Shown here piece by piece: positions 12,726 through 26,169 of a stretch of DNA of 64,000 nt. The notes below the pieces were generated by a model. The model was not told the origin of the DNA. It saw only the letters and a list, made by a program, of their open reading frames with translations, and did no database searches. How positions within the stretch are numbered: the stretch's first letter is position 1; each line of letters starts with the position of its first letter. The translations under genes were made by a program, and so were the position numbers. Source of the stretch: Haliotis cracherodii (lineage: Eukaryota); contig NW_027266266.1 of NCBI RefSeq assembly GCF_022045235.1, positions 1,550,001-1,614,000 on the forward strand, in the 5' to 3' direction.

Positions 12726-13366
12726 TTTTAAAACCAGTGTCAATGCATGGTTTTATCCCCACCAAACTATTTTAACTGTCCATCCCAAACACCTTTATGT
12801 CAAAATATTGATAAAATCCAATTACTTTCAAATAACTTGCGTACAGAAACGCATGCATTAAAAGAAAAACTCAAATGTATAAAAACAGCACGCGTAAATA
12901 CTCAATGAAGCTTTTTCAGCATAAGTACAAAAGTGCTAATTTCAGAAACACAATTACGAGCTAAGTTACTTTCTGAGTCAAGCCTATATTTAGAACCTTT
13001 AAATCCATCTAAAACATTTATTTTTTTTAAATCTCAAAATGTGTACTCATTTTGGGAAAACCCAATAGACATGATAGAGTGCTGAATGGATGAGTAAAAA
13101 TATATAGGTTACCCAATGAAAAATGTAATAACCCAATTAAAATAGAAACCTTCGAGTAAAAAAACTCAATTGCTCAAAAAGTTCTCCGGAGCTCTGCTAG
13201 ATCTTTGTTGTATTCCTTGTATGCCTTCTACTCATTGTGTGACATTTCAGAATGTTCAACCACAGACATTTGTCTTTTGTAACTTGAAATCCTGATAGAG
13301 CAACTCTCACTGATAGACCAATTAATATTAACTGTCTTGCTTGGTTCTGACTGAAGCTACAGGATA

Positions 13367-13530
13367 CTTGTTTGTTGTTTAATGTCGCACTCAGCAATAT
13401 TCCAGCTATATGACGGCAGCTGGTAAATAACTGAGTCTAGACCTGACAATCAAGTGAGCAATGATCCACGCCCTCGGGTATGGGGACACGCCAAGACACC
13501 ATGTCTGACCACCCAATCCATTTGGTTGCC
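13367..13530 (-). mobile_element. SINE-like family A, degenerate 3' part
   Basis: tttgttgtttaatgtcgcactcagcaatattccagctatatgacggcag... matches the family tail. Confidence 0.7.
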
Positions 13531-14302
13531 TCGCTTGAAAACTGTCTCTCACTGCTGCAAGGTAATATCAAAACTGAGCAAATGTGATCTGAGATAGTGA
13601 ATGTTGTTTTCTGTCACATTCACGTTAGTAATCAGTCATGTTAACACAAATTGACTGTGAGTGGTTGAGTTGGACTTAACACCGCTTTGAACTGTATTCT
13701 AGTTCTATCACAGTGTGTCAGGTTAATGTGGGAGGAAAGCTTGAAGTGATGCAGACGTTTACGATTTTCATGAAACCCACATGCATGGCTATGGTGCTTA
13801 CAAAACTGGAAACATTATCGGGGCAAACTGGGATTTAAACTCATGATCATAGGTTCCTGGCGCGTCCAAGGGACGCAACTGCTGAACATGCCTCCTTGTA
13901 AGATCCAGAGACCAGGTGTCAGTTACTCAACATAGCTGCCTATCTTGTGTTGCAATACATTCTGCATAGTTAGATCTGTATTGTGAAATGTACTGAAAAG
14001 TTGCCAGTTACCATGGTTACATCTTTTAAGAGTTAGGTAGCTAAAGAGATACGGTTGGTTGTAATGATGTGCAAACAGCTACAACACTGGGCAGACTCTA
14101 CGACAGACAGTAACCTTTGGTGAGAGTGTAGCTGATGGTGCTGCCAGGTGTAGGGAGACTGTTTGTTCTCCTGCATTTTCACCACAACGATTATGTACCA
14201 ACATATGTTTTCTTCTGAACAGCCCTAACCACTTTTGAAAGTCCAAAAAGCACCATTCTTCAGCTTTTCCCTTTTATTGTGGATGACCCACATATATATA
14301 TA

Positions 14303-14304
14303 TA

Positions 14305-14336
<32 letters not shown>

Positions 14337-14381
14337 CACACACACCCCACAGTAAACAGCGCACGCACGCACACACACACA
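14303..14381. repeat. (GCAC)n/(CA)n microsatellite
   Basis: Seen directly in the sequence. Confidence 0.9.
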
Positions 14382-14955
14382 CCACAGTAAACAGGTTAAA
14401 CTGTTCAGTCTCTTATCTGCAACCATATCCAAAAAAACTGCGGAAAGATTTCTGCCCCTAAACGCTGCTTCAACTTTTAACTCTTACCCTAACCCTTAAA
14501 TATGTGTAGCTTTTGCTTGTTCCACATCATATTTAAGTGTAACATCACTAATGTTTTCATACTTCTAGCCAAGGGTTATGATTTTCAACAATTATGAAGT
14601 ATGGGATACGGGTGGACGTTTTACCCCAGATGAGACTTGAGAGGATAACATGATTAATACAACATTAACTGACAACCGTTCAAGGAGCTGTCCAAGCAAC
14701 TCTAATTAAGGCAGTGCACTGATCAATAACAATGTTACTATATTGTAATGGTCAGTCTGACTCAACAAACAGATCACCAGGGCTAGTTATTGATTCCCCG
14801 ATATGTAATGGCTGCTGTAACACAAAGTCAATAATCGTGGTTCTAACTGCCAAATATACCAGTCTCATTACCACTCTCACAGTTTACAAGGCCGACAACT
14901 ATGTGCTAATGAAGATTTCATTGGCTTTTCAAGCAGAAACTGAGCTTATCTGAGG

Positions 14956-15303
14956 TGAGGTGAAATGGGGTTTAACGTTGTGTCCAAGATTATTGCACTT
15001 ATATAGCATTGTGCATGTACGTGTGTGTGTTTGTGTGGCTGCTTGTACTATCCGGACTGATGCCGATTTATAGTGCTAGCTCACTGAGATACCATGCCGC
15101 AGTTTAACATGAATACCCCACTCAGACACAGTATACTGACTCCGAGCCGACTAGTCCTTGTTTTAGCCCCTTAATGCCGAGCACCTGACAGGGTAACAAC
15201 AAGTACCATCTTTTAACGTTTTTTGGTATGACGCGGCCGGGGATCAAACTGCGGACCTTCCGCTCTCAGGGCGGACGCTCTACCACTAGACCACGGAGGC
15301 GGT
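14956..15303 (-). mobile_element. Full-length tRNA-derived SINE with Meta/MESC-type central domain
   Basis: Minus strand: A box gtggtctagtggtagagc, B-box-like gtttgatccc, core cgcgtcataccaaaaaacgttaaaagatggtacttg. 16-bp TSD ctgagcttat(c/t)tgagg at 14940-14955 and 15304-15319. Confidence 0.85.
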
Positions 15304-15474
15304 CTGAGCTTATTTGAGGGATAACATGTTTACCATGTGATTCACAGTAAGGGAAGTTCGACTGCATGTTCAAAGTTCAAACAACATGTTCAAAAAATTT
15401 CCAATTTTATCTTGCTGCTGGCTTGTTGTCTTCAGACAACTGTTGTCTTCTTGTTGTCCAGTGTTCCCATTTAC

Positions 15475-15630
15475 CAGGGTTAGAAACTAACAGTTTTTGT
15501 CCACTAGTCCTTATAATGATAACATATAGCAAAACCCTTGAAATGGGCCAATATCTACTAGTCCTTAGGATACCTTTACTATTGGGCAGTTTGGTAAGGA
15601 CTACATGACTAGTGCCAATTTCTAACGCTG
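15475..15630. mobile_element. MITE with CAG(G/C)GTTAGAAA terminal inverted repeats
   Basis: cagggttagaaa ... tttctaacgctg. Second diverged copy at ~35578-35712. Confidence 0.7.
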
Positions 15631-16809
15631 TTAAATTACCGATAATTACCAGTTTTTTACCGGTAATTCATGTGACTGCCAGTCCCGGTGGACCGGCAAA
15701 TATAGTACCTTATTAATCTTTGATGTTGAACAAAACATCGATAGAATATTTTTCGAACAAGTCAGCATGTCTGTTACCATCAGGGTTTCCCCTGGTCTAT
15801 TTTTAGCTCAAGGAAATAACATATGCTTGGAGCATAATGTTGAATGAATAAAAACCAGGTAAATGTCATACGTTTCTTCATTTGTTGAAAGATAAGACTG
15901 ACAAAATTTCAGAGTTGCCAGTTGTGGTGGACTAGCAGTTTCAAAAGCCAACTGTTGTCCTGAAAATGAATCAAATCTAATTTGTAGGATCAGGTGGTTG
16001 GCCTATTTATTGTGAAACAATGGCCTCGCGTTGGTGAAGTAACCACAGTAATTAGCACACTCCCACAAACATGGAAACTGTGGCCACATTAGTAGGAAAC
16101 AGAATACCAGTACCCATAAAAGCTAATTTGTTGGCAAGGATGATAAATATTTTTATCTACTTTTATTCAAACCAGTCCATTTTATTGACACTTGACAACT
16201 AGATACAGATACAATCAAATCTTTAACACTTTCCCTGTTTGGATTTTGACGAAAATTCTTCAGAAGGTTCCTCACAGTTGTCATAGTAACAAAGGTATGC
16301 ATCAAATTTTAACCTCAATGAACAAGTTGTCAAATAGCTTGTCCTTCAGTATGTTTAGTTCACTTCCGAGTGCATCAAGACAAGCGATCTGAGTCATCTC
16401 ATGAAACTATATGTAACCATAGTAACAAGCTCAGTCAGACAGGCAGACACATGCCATACAGACAAGACTTACGTTTAGAAATATAACATGGCAACTTGTC
16501 ATGTCATTGTTGGTTAGCATGCTAAGAGACACAAGTAATTCTTGAATGTAAACAATAAAGTTGTTATCCAAAATTGTGTCCACTTTGTTATCCGTCAACT
16601 TCTAAGAAATGACTATGAACACCCTCATCAAGCAAGGTATGATTTTAGGGAGAATTTTCTACCTAGCATCAGCTGGATCAACCACAAATTCAAGCCAACA
16701 TTCTGAAGTACCCTTGTAAAATCCTTCCTTTCATCAAATATGTAATGGTTGGTTTAACTTGGTGGGTATTTCCCTTGACCTAACTATGTTAACTTGTGTT
16801 ACTTCATAT

Positions 16810-18160
16810 TATATTTGGATTGGTGAACTTGGTGAATATTTGGGTTGGTTAACTTGGTGAACATTTGGGTTGGTGAACTTGGTGAACATTTGGGTTGGTT
16901 GACTTGTTGAACATTTGGATTGGTTAACTTGGTGAACATTTGGGTTAGTTGACTTGGTGAACATTTGGATTGGTGAACTTGGTGAACATTTGAATTGGTG
17001 AACTTGGTGAACATTTGGGTTGGTGAACTTGGTGAATATTTGGGTTGGTTAACTTGGTGAACATTTGGATTGGTTAACTTGGAAAATATTTGGGTTGGTG
17101 AACTTGGTGAACATTTGGATTGGTGAACTTGGTGAACATTTGGGTTGGTGAACTTGGTGAACATTTGTGTTGGTTAACTTGGTGAACATTTGTGTTGGTT
17201 AACTTGGTGAACATTTGGGTTGATCAACTTGGTGAACATTTGTGTTGGTGAACTTGGTGAACATTTGGGTTGGTGAACTTGGTGAACATTTGTGTGGTTA
17301 ACTTGGTGGATATTTGGGTTGGTTAACTTGGTGGACATTTGGGTTGGTTGACTTGGTGAACATTTGGGTTGGTTAACTTGGTGGACATTTGGGTAGGTGA
17401 ACTTGGCGAACATTTTGATTGGTTAACTTGGAAAATAGTTTGGTTGGTTAACTTGGAAAATATTTGGGTTGGTTAACTTGGTGAACATTTGGATTGGTTA
17501 ACTTGGAAAATATTTGGGTTAGTAAACTTGGTGAACATTTGGGTTGGTGAACTTGGTGAACATTTGGGTTGGTGAACTTGGTGAACATTTGGGTTGGTGA
17601 ACTTGGTGAACATTTGGGTTGGTGAACTTGGTGAACATTTGGGTTGGTGAACTTGGTGAACATTTGGGTTGGTGAACTTGGTGAACATTTGTGTTGGGTT
17701 ACTTTGTGAATATTTGGATTGGTAGACTTGGAAAATATTTGGGTTGGTTAACTTGGTGAACATTTTTATTGGTTAACTTGGAAAATATTTGGGTTGGTTG
17801 ACTTGGTGAACATTTTGATTGGTTAACTTGGAAAATATTTGGGTTGGTGAACCTGGTGAACATTTGTGGTGGTGAACTTGGTGAACATTTGTGTAGGTTC
17901 ACTTGGTGAACATTTGGGTTGGTTAACTTGGTGAGTATTTGGGTTAGTTAACTTGGTGAACAATTGGGTTGGTTAACTTGGTGAGTATTTGGGTTAGTTA
18001 ACGTGGTGAGTATTTGGGTTAGTTAACTTGGTGAACAATTGGGTTGGTTAACTTGGTGCCATTCGGGTTGGTTACTTTTGCGAATATTTGGGTTAGTTAA
18101 CTTGGTGAACATTTGGCTTGGTTAATGTGGTGAACGTTTGGGTTGGGCTGACATTTGGTT
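16810..18160. repeat. 25-bp minisatellite (~54 copies)
   Basis: Unit ggtgaacatttgggttggtgaactt. Confidence 0.95.
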
Positions 18161-18499
18161 CTTGAACCACATGGGATAAAAGATGATATCGCTCTCTGTC
18201 ATCAACACATGACACATGACACATGACACATGACTGAATGTTCAATCTGTTAGCTGAATCACATGAGAAGTTTGACTTCCTTTTGAGCAATAAGGACACC
18301 CTGATTAAGATTCCAGTTACCGTTTATCTTCCTCTCGTGATTTAATGTGGCTGGTCCATAATCTCCATATCAGTTACCATGCTGACTGCATTACCTCCCA
18401 TCCAATCATATGATATTCAGATTCTCCCTAGAAAGTGTGCGCATCCACACAGATGACACATCATGCCTCCTGATGGGTGCTCTACTGCATGAAGCCAAG

Positions 18500-19756
18500 T
18501 CAGTAGGTCACAGAGTCAGTCACAGAGTCGGTCACAGTCACAGAGGCTGTCTCAGAGTCGGTAACAGAGGCTGTCACAGAGTCAGTCACAGTCACAGAGT
18601 CTGTCACAGAGGCTGTCTCAGAGTCGGTCACAGAGGCTGTCTCAGAGTCGGTCACAGAGGCTGTCTCAGAGTCAGTCACAGTCACAGAGTCACAGTCACA
18701 GAGGCTGTCTCAGAGTCACAGAGTCACAGAGGCTGTTTCAGAGTCGGTCACAGAGTCACAGAGGCTGTCTCAGAGTCGGTCACAGTCATAGAGGCCGTCA
18801 CAGAGTCACAGAGGCTGTCTCAGAGTCACAGAGGCTGTCTCAGAGTCGGTCACAGAGGCTGTCTCAGAGTCAGTCACAGAGGCTGTCTCAGAGTCACAGA
18901 GGCTGTCTCAGAGTTGGTCACAGAGGCTGTCTCAGAGTCACAGAGGCTGTCTCAGAGTCATAGAGGCTGTCTCAGAGTCGGTCACAGAGGCTGTCTCAGA
19001 GTCGGTCACAGAGGCTGTCTCAGAGTCAGTCACAGAGGCTGTCTCAGAGTGGGTCACAGAGGCTGTCTCAGAGTCAGTCTCAGAGTCAGTCTCAGAGTGG
19101 GTCACAGAGGCTGTCTCAGAGTCAGTCTCAGTCACAGAGGCTGTCTCAGAGTCGGTCACAGAGTCACAGAGGCTGTCTCAGAGTCGGTCACAGTCATAGA
19201 GGCTGTCACAGAGTCACAGAGGCTGTCTCAGAGTTGGTCACAGAGGCTGTCTCAGAGTCAGTCACAGTCACAGAGTCACAGAGGCTGTTACAGAGTCAGT
19301 CACAGAGGCTGTCTCAGAGTCAGTCACAGTCACAGAGTCACAGAGGCTGTCTCAGAGTCGGTCACAGAGGCTGTCACAGAGTCGGTCACAGAGTCACAGA
19401 GGCTGTCTCAGAGTCGGTCACAGTCATAGAGACTGTCACAGAGTCACAGAGGCTGTCTCAGAGTCAGTCACAGAGGCTATCACAGAGGCTGTCTCAGAGT
19501 TGGTCACAGAGGCTGTCACAGAGTCACAGAGGCTGTCTCAGAGTCGGTCACAGAGGCTGTCTCAGAGTCGGTCACAGGGGCTGTCTCAGAGTCAGTCTCA
19601 GAGGCTGTCTCAGAGTCGGTCACAGAGGCTGTCTCAGAGTCAGTCACAGAGTCGGTCACAGAGGCTGTCACAGAGTCGGTCACAGAGGCTGTTTCAGGGT
19701 CGGTCACAGAGGCTGTCACAGAGGCTGTCTCAGGGTCGGTCACAGAGTCAGTCACA
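18500..19756. repeat. Complex minisatellite of cacagaggctgtctcagagtcggt and shorter subunits
   Basis: 24-bp core with 6/8/12-bp variants. It generates the spurious 339-aa and 184-aa ORFs. Confidence 0.95.
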
Positions 19757-20232
19757 AATTTGGTTGCAGCTGTGACAAGTTACTGTAATATCTTCTCAAA
19801 ATTGGTTTGAATGCTGACTTTCTTTGAAGAAAAAAGTCTGAATTGATGGAGTTGTCACCGAGGTGGCTGTTGACATGTAGCCATATTCCCCTTTGTTGAA
19901 ACCAATTTTTGTATGCATATAGTATGTAATATTGTCCAACAATATCCCCAACAAAGACAACTCTACAAACAGGTACAAAACAGCACATCATCAAGATTCT
20001 CACAAGTTTGATTGATTTGTCCTTGAAATTGTGGGGAATACAGTTACAAAAAAAGTTGAAGGAAATGCCCTTAATGAAAAGGTTTTTAAACCTTAAAGAT
20101 CCATAACAATGTTGTTATAGTGTGCGTCATTGTCAACCTAAAGTACACGTTCAGACAGACAGATACTACAGGAACCTACGCCCCCTTAATTTTGAACCCC
20201 TTCTCCCAAACACTACCAAATCATGTCCATTA

Positions 20233-20467
20233 TGTTTGTTGTTAACCGCCACTCAGCAATATTCCAGCTATATGATGGCGGTCTGTAAACAATCAAGTCT
20301 TGACCAGACAATCCTGTGATTGACATCATGAGCATTGATCTATGCAATCGGGATACGATGACATGCATCAAACAAGTCAGAGAGTATGGCCATCCGACCC
20401 TCTCAGTCGCCTCTCACGACAAGCATGGGCTGCTGAAGACCTATTCTAAACCAGATCTTCACAGGTC
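20233..20467 (-). mobile_element. SINE-like family A, full-length copy (single-hairpin variant)
   Basis: Head GACCTGTGAAGATCT ends at 20467; (TTG/TTTG) tail at left. Confidence 0.8.
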
Positions 20468-20516
20468 CAAATTCTGTCAAAGCTGCTCAACATATGAGTA
20501 TTTGAAACACACATAC

Positions 20517-20592
20517 CACAAAGGGAGGTAATGCTGCTGCTCTCTTCATGCACAAACTTCCGTGTGACTGCCTCTTCCATGATCTGCTTCAC
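20517..20592 (-). CDS. SGSM1: SGSM1/2-like coding exon 2
   Basis: [25 protein letters not shown], nearly identical to the vertebrate SGSM N-terminus. tag acceptor, gtatgt donor. Confidence 0.95.
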
Positions 20593-21935
20593 CTAAGAAA
20601 ACAATTAAAAAAATTGGTAACCATAGTTATGGTTCAATACCCACATAACTAAATGTTTTCAAATACCAAGATGAAATGTTATGACAGATGACCACTTTCG
20701 CCCGTTCACTTCAGTTACTTTAGAACTAGCAATACCAGATGGTTCAGGTAAAGAATTCTAGACCACAGATTTCTGATTAGTATATAGTAACATTTTCTTT
20801 CAAAGATGACAAACCTTTGTCATGACAACAAGTCCACATGAAAGTGTTAATGATAGGTGGGGTAGGGGGATATCTGAAGTGTTGTGGGTAGTGTTGATGA
20901 AATGTTTCAAACTATTTTGGATCCTTTAACAATCCTATCTGATCTCTGCACGAAAACTGCAAAATCCGCAAACCCCAGATCCTTGTTCAGCAAAACATGG
21001 TGGAAGGATGCAGTGTTACAGTTCCGCTAACTTCCATCACTGCTGCTATTGTTAATTCATCATCATGCCAAGAGACATTACTGGGACATTTTGACCATCT
21101 GAAGTTCAGAACAAGGCTAGAGGTACGCCCATGATTAACAGAATATGTCTACTTTGTCATTGTTCTGTTTAACATTGCTTTAATTATAAACTTATCTTAC
21201 GTAGCATATTTTTCCTCTTATGTATACTCATTAACAATGCCAAATGTTGCAGAACGTCAGATAACTTATACTTATCAGACATTAAGTGTGACCACTGTAA
21301 TCTACATCTCTGTTACTGAAACATCTACCACATCAATCATGTCAAAAGCACTCCCAATATTTATTTTTCATACAAGAAATATTCAGGGTTAAATGATAAA
21401 AGGATTGGGGTTATATATCAGAGACAATTCATGCAGGTTATCTTTTGATTTTTTGGCCCTTATTTATTCAGTCAGTGTTCACTAATGTCCTTGCTTAATT
21501 AAATAATGTTCAGAATGTTCAGAGAGAGAAAAAAAATCAATAATCAATAGAAAATGAAAATACAATGAAACCAATCAATAATTCACCATGTGTGCCTCAG
21601 TGACAGTTAATGCCAAAGAGTGAAATGATATGCCAAATTCTCAGTCTATTATTGACAAATGAAAGAAAACACACAAACAACTTCGTAAGCAGCTCGCATG
21701 CATATGGGCCAGAATATTATTGACAATTGTGAAACATCCACGGTGAGTGGAGTCTTTATCTCAGTAGAGTAGCTTAATACCATTTGAACTTATGGCATTT
21801 GATCATATGCAAGCGTGACATTTACCAATAAACACAGAAAAACATGAAAATGTGGCATTTACAAACTCGCAGGAATTAATGATAATAAATTATGAACACA
21901 ATAATTATGATTATAGGTTTGACAGTGAAGCTTAC

Positions 21936-21992
21936 CTCCTTTTTGACTGCACGAAGCAGACTTTGTCTTGTCTCGGGATCCGGGGTCGACAT
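21936..21992 (-). CDS. SGSM1: SGSM1/2-like coding exon 1
   Basis: MSTPDPETRQSLLRAVKKE followed by a gtaag donor; phase 0 joins exon 2. Confidence 0.93.
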
Positions 21993-22709
21993 TGTGACTG
22001 TCAGGACAAAGTTGTGTGAAATGATCAAATGATAACCCCGAATAAACAAATAAAACACTCCTTTCCCCGATCACCGAATACACCGACACCACTTCATTTT
22101 GACATTTCCTCCTCCGCACGTTTTGACCAAACAACTACCCACAGTACCATGTGACGCTGATAAAAATAGTTCACTTATTAAAGCTTATTACGGATATGTT
22201 TGCCACTATGGATCGAAACTATTCACGACAGGCATGCACAACATATGCAGCTAGCGTCAAATTATCGTCTCGTATGTACCAGTATGTAGTTTCGTATTGA
22301 TTAATGAGAATATTGTGTATCCTTGGGCGGAAGTTATCATGTTGATGTCTGCACTGAAATATTTTGCATAATTAAAACTTTTATTATTTTGTTCATTCAT
22401 GTTTTTGTTCACTGTAAATAATTCAAAAATATTTTTCTTCTTCACTTGGAATCAATAAAGAAACTTCTATACACGTTGTTTTATTTCAGCAGAAGTTATT
22501 CCTGCAAGGGAGCATGCGTTGTAGTGAAAATTATAAAGGAAAGGAATCATATTTACCTTCACCATATCTAAAATATAATCAAATCAACTTTTTCAATTAT
22601 ATTTATGTTAACAGTATACCACACAATAACATAATCTATTTAATATTAGAGACATTTGGTCTTACAAGCATTTGCTATTCATTGATAGACCCCCGAGTGC
22701 ATCTGCAAA
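21993..22709. promoter_or_regulatory. Probable bidirectional promoter and 5' UTRs between SGSM and VPS33A
   Basis: Only 717 bp separate the two divergent start codons. Confidence 0.6.
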
Positions 22710-22820
22710 ATGGCTGCCGGAGGAGCTCATTTGAGCTCTGGGAAAATTAATTTAAGTCTGTTACGAGATTTCTACCGTCGTGAATTCTTAGAATGCTTGG
22801 ACAAATGTTTAGGAACAAAG
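22710..22820 (+). CDS. VPS33A: VPS33A (Sec1/Munc18 subunit of HOPS/CORVET) exon 1
   Basis: MAAGGAHLSSGKINLSLLRDFYRREFLECLDKCLGTK, gtattg donor. All exons listed splice in frame with GT-AG to give 614/615 aa. Confidence 0.95.
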
Positions 22821-23514
22821 GTATTGTGTGATGTATCTGAAGTTGTGTATGTCACATCGTTTGCATAATGGCGCAGCGCATAATTTTGAACTCAAAGAAC
22901 AGGAAATAGAAAAATTCGTCTGCTGCAACACCCGCCCACTAATCGGTAGAAGTGTCAGCAATGATCAATATTTGTCACTGCGCTGCCAGAGTGAAATTGG
23001 CCGATAGTATGAAGACAAACTATACAACATTAGTAGACATTAATCAGGATTTGGACTATGCCACAAGTTATCTCCATTAGGTTTTTAGGTCGTTCTTATT
23101 ATTCAGCCCGAGCTCTACCATCCACTCAATTACAGCGCTATAGTGCCACAGCTGTCTCATTATACCGTTACCGTGCCTCACGCTCTGGTGACTCTCGCTT
23201 CACGATCCAACACCCGTTTTCGGTCTTAGGGAAACTTACACGTCTTTACGATCCAAAACCCCTTTTCGGTCATTAGGGTTAGCTTGCTTTGGGCAAGGGT
23301 TAGCCATAAATTTTTACCTTTTCAAGCGTTAATCCGGTTAATCCCATTGGTCGGTCATGTTGACATAAACAATTGCGGATGTGGTTTCAAGAAAAGATGA
23401 ATGGGAGAGCGGACCGTGACGTCACACGCATACGCAATTCATTGTTTACTGAATTACGCATGCATGTCAATGGGGATTCTAATGACCCGTTAAACGAGCA
23501 CTGATTACATGTGA

Positions 23515-23611
23515 TAGCGCCTGTGGTCCAGTGGTAGAGCATCGGCTTATTAACGCATTAATTAGCAGAGCCGGTGAGCCGGCAAAGTGCGTTCGAGCCC
23601 CCACAGCGCTA
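23515..23611 (+). pseudogene. tRNA-like sequence (pseudo-tRNA or SINE head)
   Basis: A box tggtccagtggtagagc, B box gttcgagcc, terminal complementarity tagcgc/gcgcta, expanded anticodon region. Confidence 0.4.
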
Positions 23612-25271
23612 ATTGGATCTGAAAAAGTGTGCCCGGTAAAGTGCACTACTCCCTACACCAAAATTGAAATAAATTTAATGACTGGCAATCTAGTTCAATC
23701 AAAGAGATAAAATCTCATCTCCAAAGACTGCCTTAGCCATGCTATCACTGATATCCCTTTAAAGGATCGAATCTTAGCACAGGCAGTGAGCAGTATTGGC
23801 CTAACTTTAGAATGCAGTACCACAAACTTTTCAAACACGTCACATTACCCTATGACTTAATTTGTAGTATTTTGTTGCCAGTCACGCCTCCAAAACAATG
23901 CCCTGTGACATCAGGGGTCATCAAGTGTGCATAAGCTCCTTCCAGTGATCTATGATCTCTGCACGCAATGTCATTGAAAAAGGCCAGAGATGTTGAGAGT
24001 TTCTAATATTTGTTTACTAAATATGGTCTGCAGCGTCTTATTTTACAGCAAGCGCTAGCTTATGAAAGCACTTTTATTTTCAATATGTTTTTTATTTTGC
24101 TTTTTAATATTGGTGCTGAACACATCCAAATTTCACCAGTGTCGGGGTAGGTTACCCTAAACTCTGTCCTTACAATCATTTGGGTTACGTGGCTATTATA
24201 GATACTATAGTGGTTCCTAATATTCTTCACACCAAAACATTGAGAAAGCAGGGTGAAATGGTTTAGTGTTGAATATTTTGGCTGCTAGAAACTGTCCTAG
24301 AACATACACACAAGCCACTTTCACCCAGTACATTTGTTTAGTACTGATTCAAAGGCCAACTCACCCTTGTGTCGTCACTGGTCATGCTCATGCCTCCCTC
24401 GTCCCTTACAATGATCCACATTATCCTAACACTGTTCCCTACCACCACTTTTCTGTCACAAAAAAATTACAAGTATTAAATACCATGTCATTCATGCCAA
24501 CCCGCAAGTTCAACGTCTGACGCCAGAGTCATTTCAGTTCGTGCCATATCGGCTCATTCCTCACCGCTTGGTATCTTGTAGATTACGGAATGGGATGAGT
24601 GTGCCAAATGGCATCAGGATTACTGGTAAGTGTCCGTAGACTAAAGTCACAGGACACCATGCCTACCCTCAACCTTTGTAAGTGTCCGTCACATATTCGA
24701 CCCTTTTTGTTCAATTCCGTAACAGTCGTTTAGCTGTCAGGCAAACAATCCGAAGGTCGCGAGGCGCATCTGACGGAGTCTTAGAAAACCTGGTTGCTTG
24801 TCCTTAAGGCACATGACCTACGGCAGGGATCATCCTCACATGAAGTTGTTGTACTGTATTCTAAAGTTGTTCCACAGTATTTGGCGTGTTTAATATACCT
24901 GTGCTCAGACTATCGTCTAAGTTGACCATGATGTCACTATATAACAATCTCATGACCAAACCTCTTGCAGACACCAATTATTTCAAATACTCACTCCAAT
25001 ATGTAACTAGTTACCTTTGGGAATTTGGACTTCAATTCTCCTGTGTTGTTTGGCTAGGTATCAATGTTAGTTCACTTATGCTTCTATCCCTGTAGGTTAA
25101 AATTATGTGACTGTTAACAATCTGCTGCCTCACAACAGCTTGGGTTGTATACTCCTCAGGGAGCTGAGAATTAAAATCCAGTGCACACCGATCCATTGGC
25201 CAGTTTAATAATAATAATAATGTCGTGCTTTGAGCATACATTCCGTGTGGAGTTGTGCACTTTTGTAGCAG

Positions 25272-25272
<1 letters not shown>

Positions 25273-25330
<58 letters not shown>

Positions 25331-25341
25331 CGTCGTCGTCA
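25273..25341. repeat. (GTT)n(GTC)n microsatellite
   Basis: Seen directly in the sequence. Confidence 0.95.
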
Positions 25342-25472
25342 TCCAGGGGTTATCAGATAAGTTGATTGTGGTTTACATGAGCAACAGTATAATTACTAGT
25401 GAAGGAATAGTATTAGAAGTTGCACAAACAGTTCCATACTATTTATTTCCATACTATCAACGTGTATTTCAG

Positions 25473-25538
25473 GCTCTTGTGTGGGATGATGCATTGACAG
25501 GACCATTTGGACTTATAGCTGAATACTCACTTCTAAAG
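25473..25538 (+). CDS. VPS33A: VPS33A exon 2
   Basis: ALVWDDALTGPFGLIAEYSLLK; ag/gt boundaries. Confidence 0.96.
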
Positions 25539-25769
25539 GTAAAGAGGCTAAACTAAATATGTTCACACGCTTTTATAACATTAATTTCATATTCCTCTGT
25601 ATACCTATGTCATTTAAGTAATTGATTTAGTTTGAGAAAACATTATGATGAATTGATCTTACAGTTTAAAATTTCATAATTATTACCTCCAGGATTTGTT
25701 GTATTGAAAATGTTGCAATTAATCTTATCTTTGTAATGAAATTCATTTGTAAGACCACCTTTGGGTATT

Positions 25770-25963
25770 CCAGGTTAGAATAGATCCACAGCAGTTTATG
25801 CTGGTTGTAAGCGGTGACAAAATGGATCAGGTTGTCAGACTTGGCTGATTGCATGGATTATTGCGCCAAACATCGATCACTGGATTGTCTGGTCCAGATC
25901 CATTTACAGGCCGCTGTCATCTGGCTGGAATATTACTAAGTGTGGTGTTAGGCAACAAACAAA
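25770..25963 (+). mobile_element. SINE-like family A, degenerate copy
   Basis: atcactggattgtctggtccaga...gctggaatattac...caacaaacaaac. Confidence 0.65.
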
Positions 25964-26041
25964 CTGTATGACTTACAATGCAATGATATGATTGCTATTT
26001 TCATCACAAATACTACTGACCATTTTTTTGTTTTTCTCAAG

Positions 26042-26169
26042 GAGCATGAGGTGGAGAAGATGTTCCCACTACGGTCAACAGGCCTTCCTAAGAACAATGT
26101 GCAGAATGTGTTGTTTATAACCAGACCAAAACTGCATTTAATGGAGATGATCTCACAAAATATCCTGCA
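26042..26169 (+). CDS. VPS33A: VPS33A exon 3
   Basis: EHEVEKMFPL...FITRPKLHLMEMISQNIL; phase 2 gtcagt donor. Confidence 0.94.

Noticed and set aside
18410-19788. 339-aa and 184-aa HRGCLRV/SQ-rich ORFs
   Set aside because: Translations of a stop-poor minisatellite inside SGSM intron 2; several frames on both strands are open.
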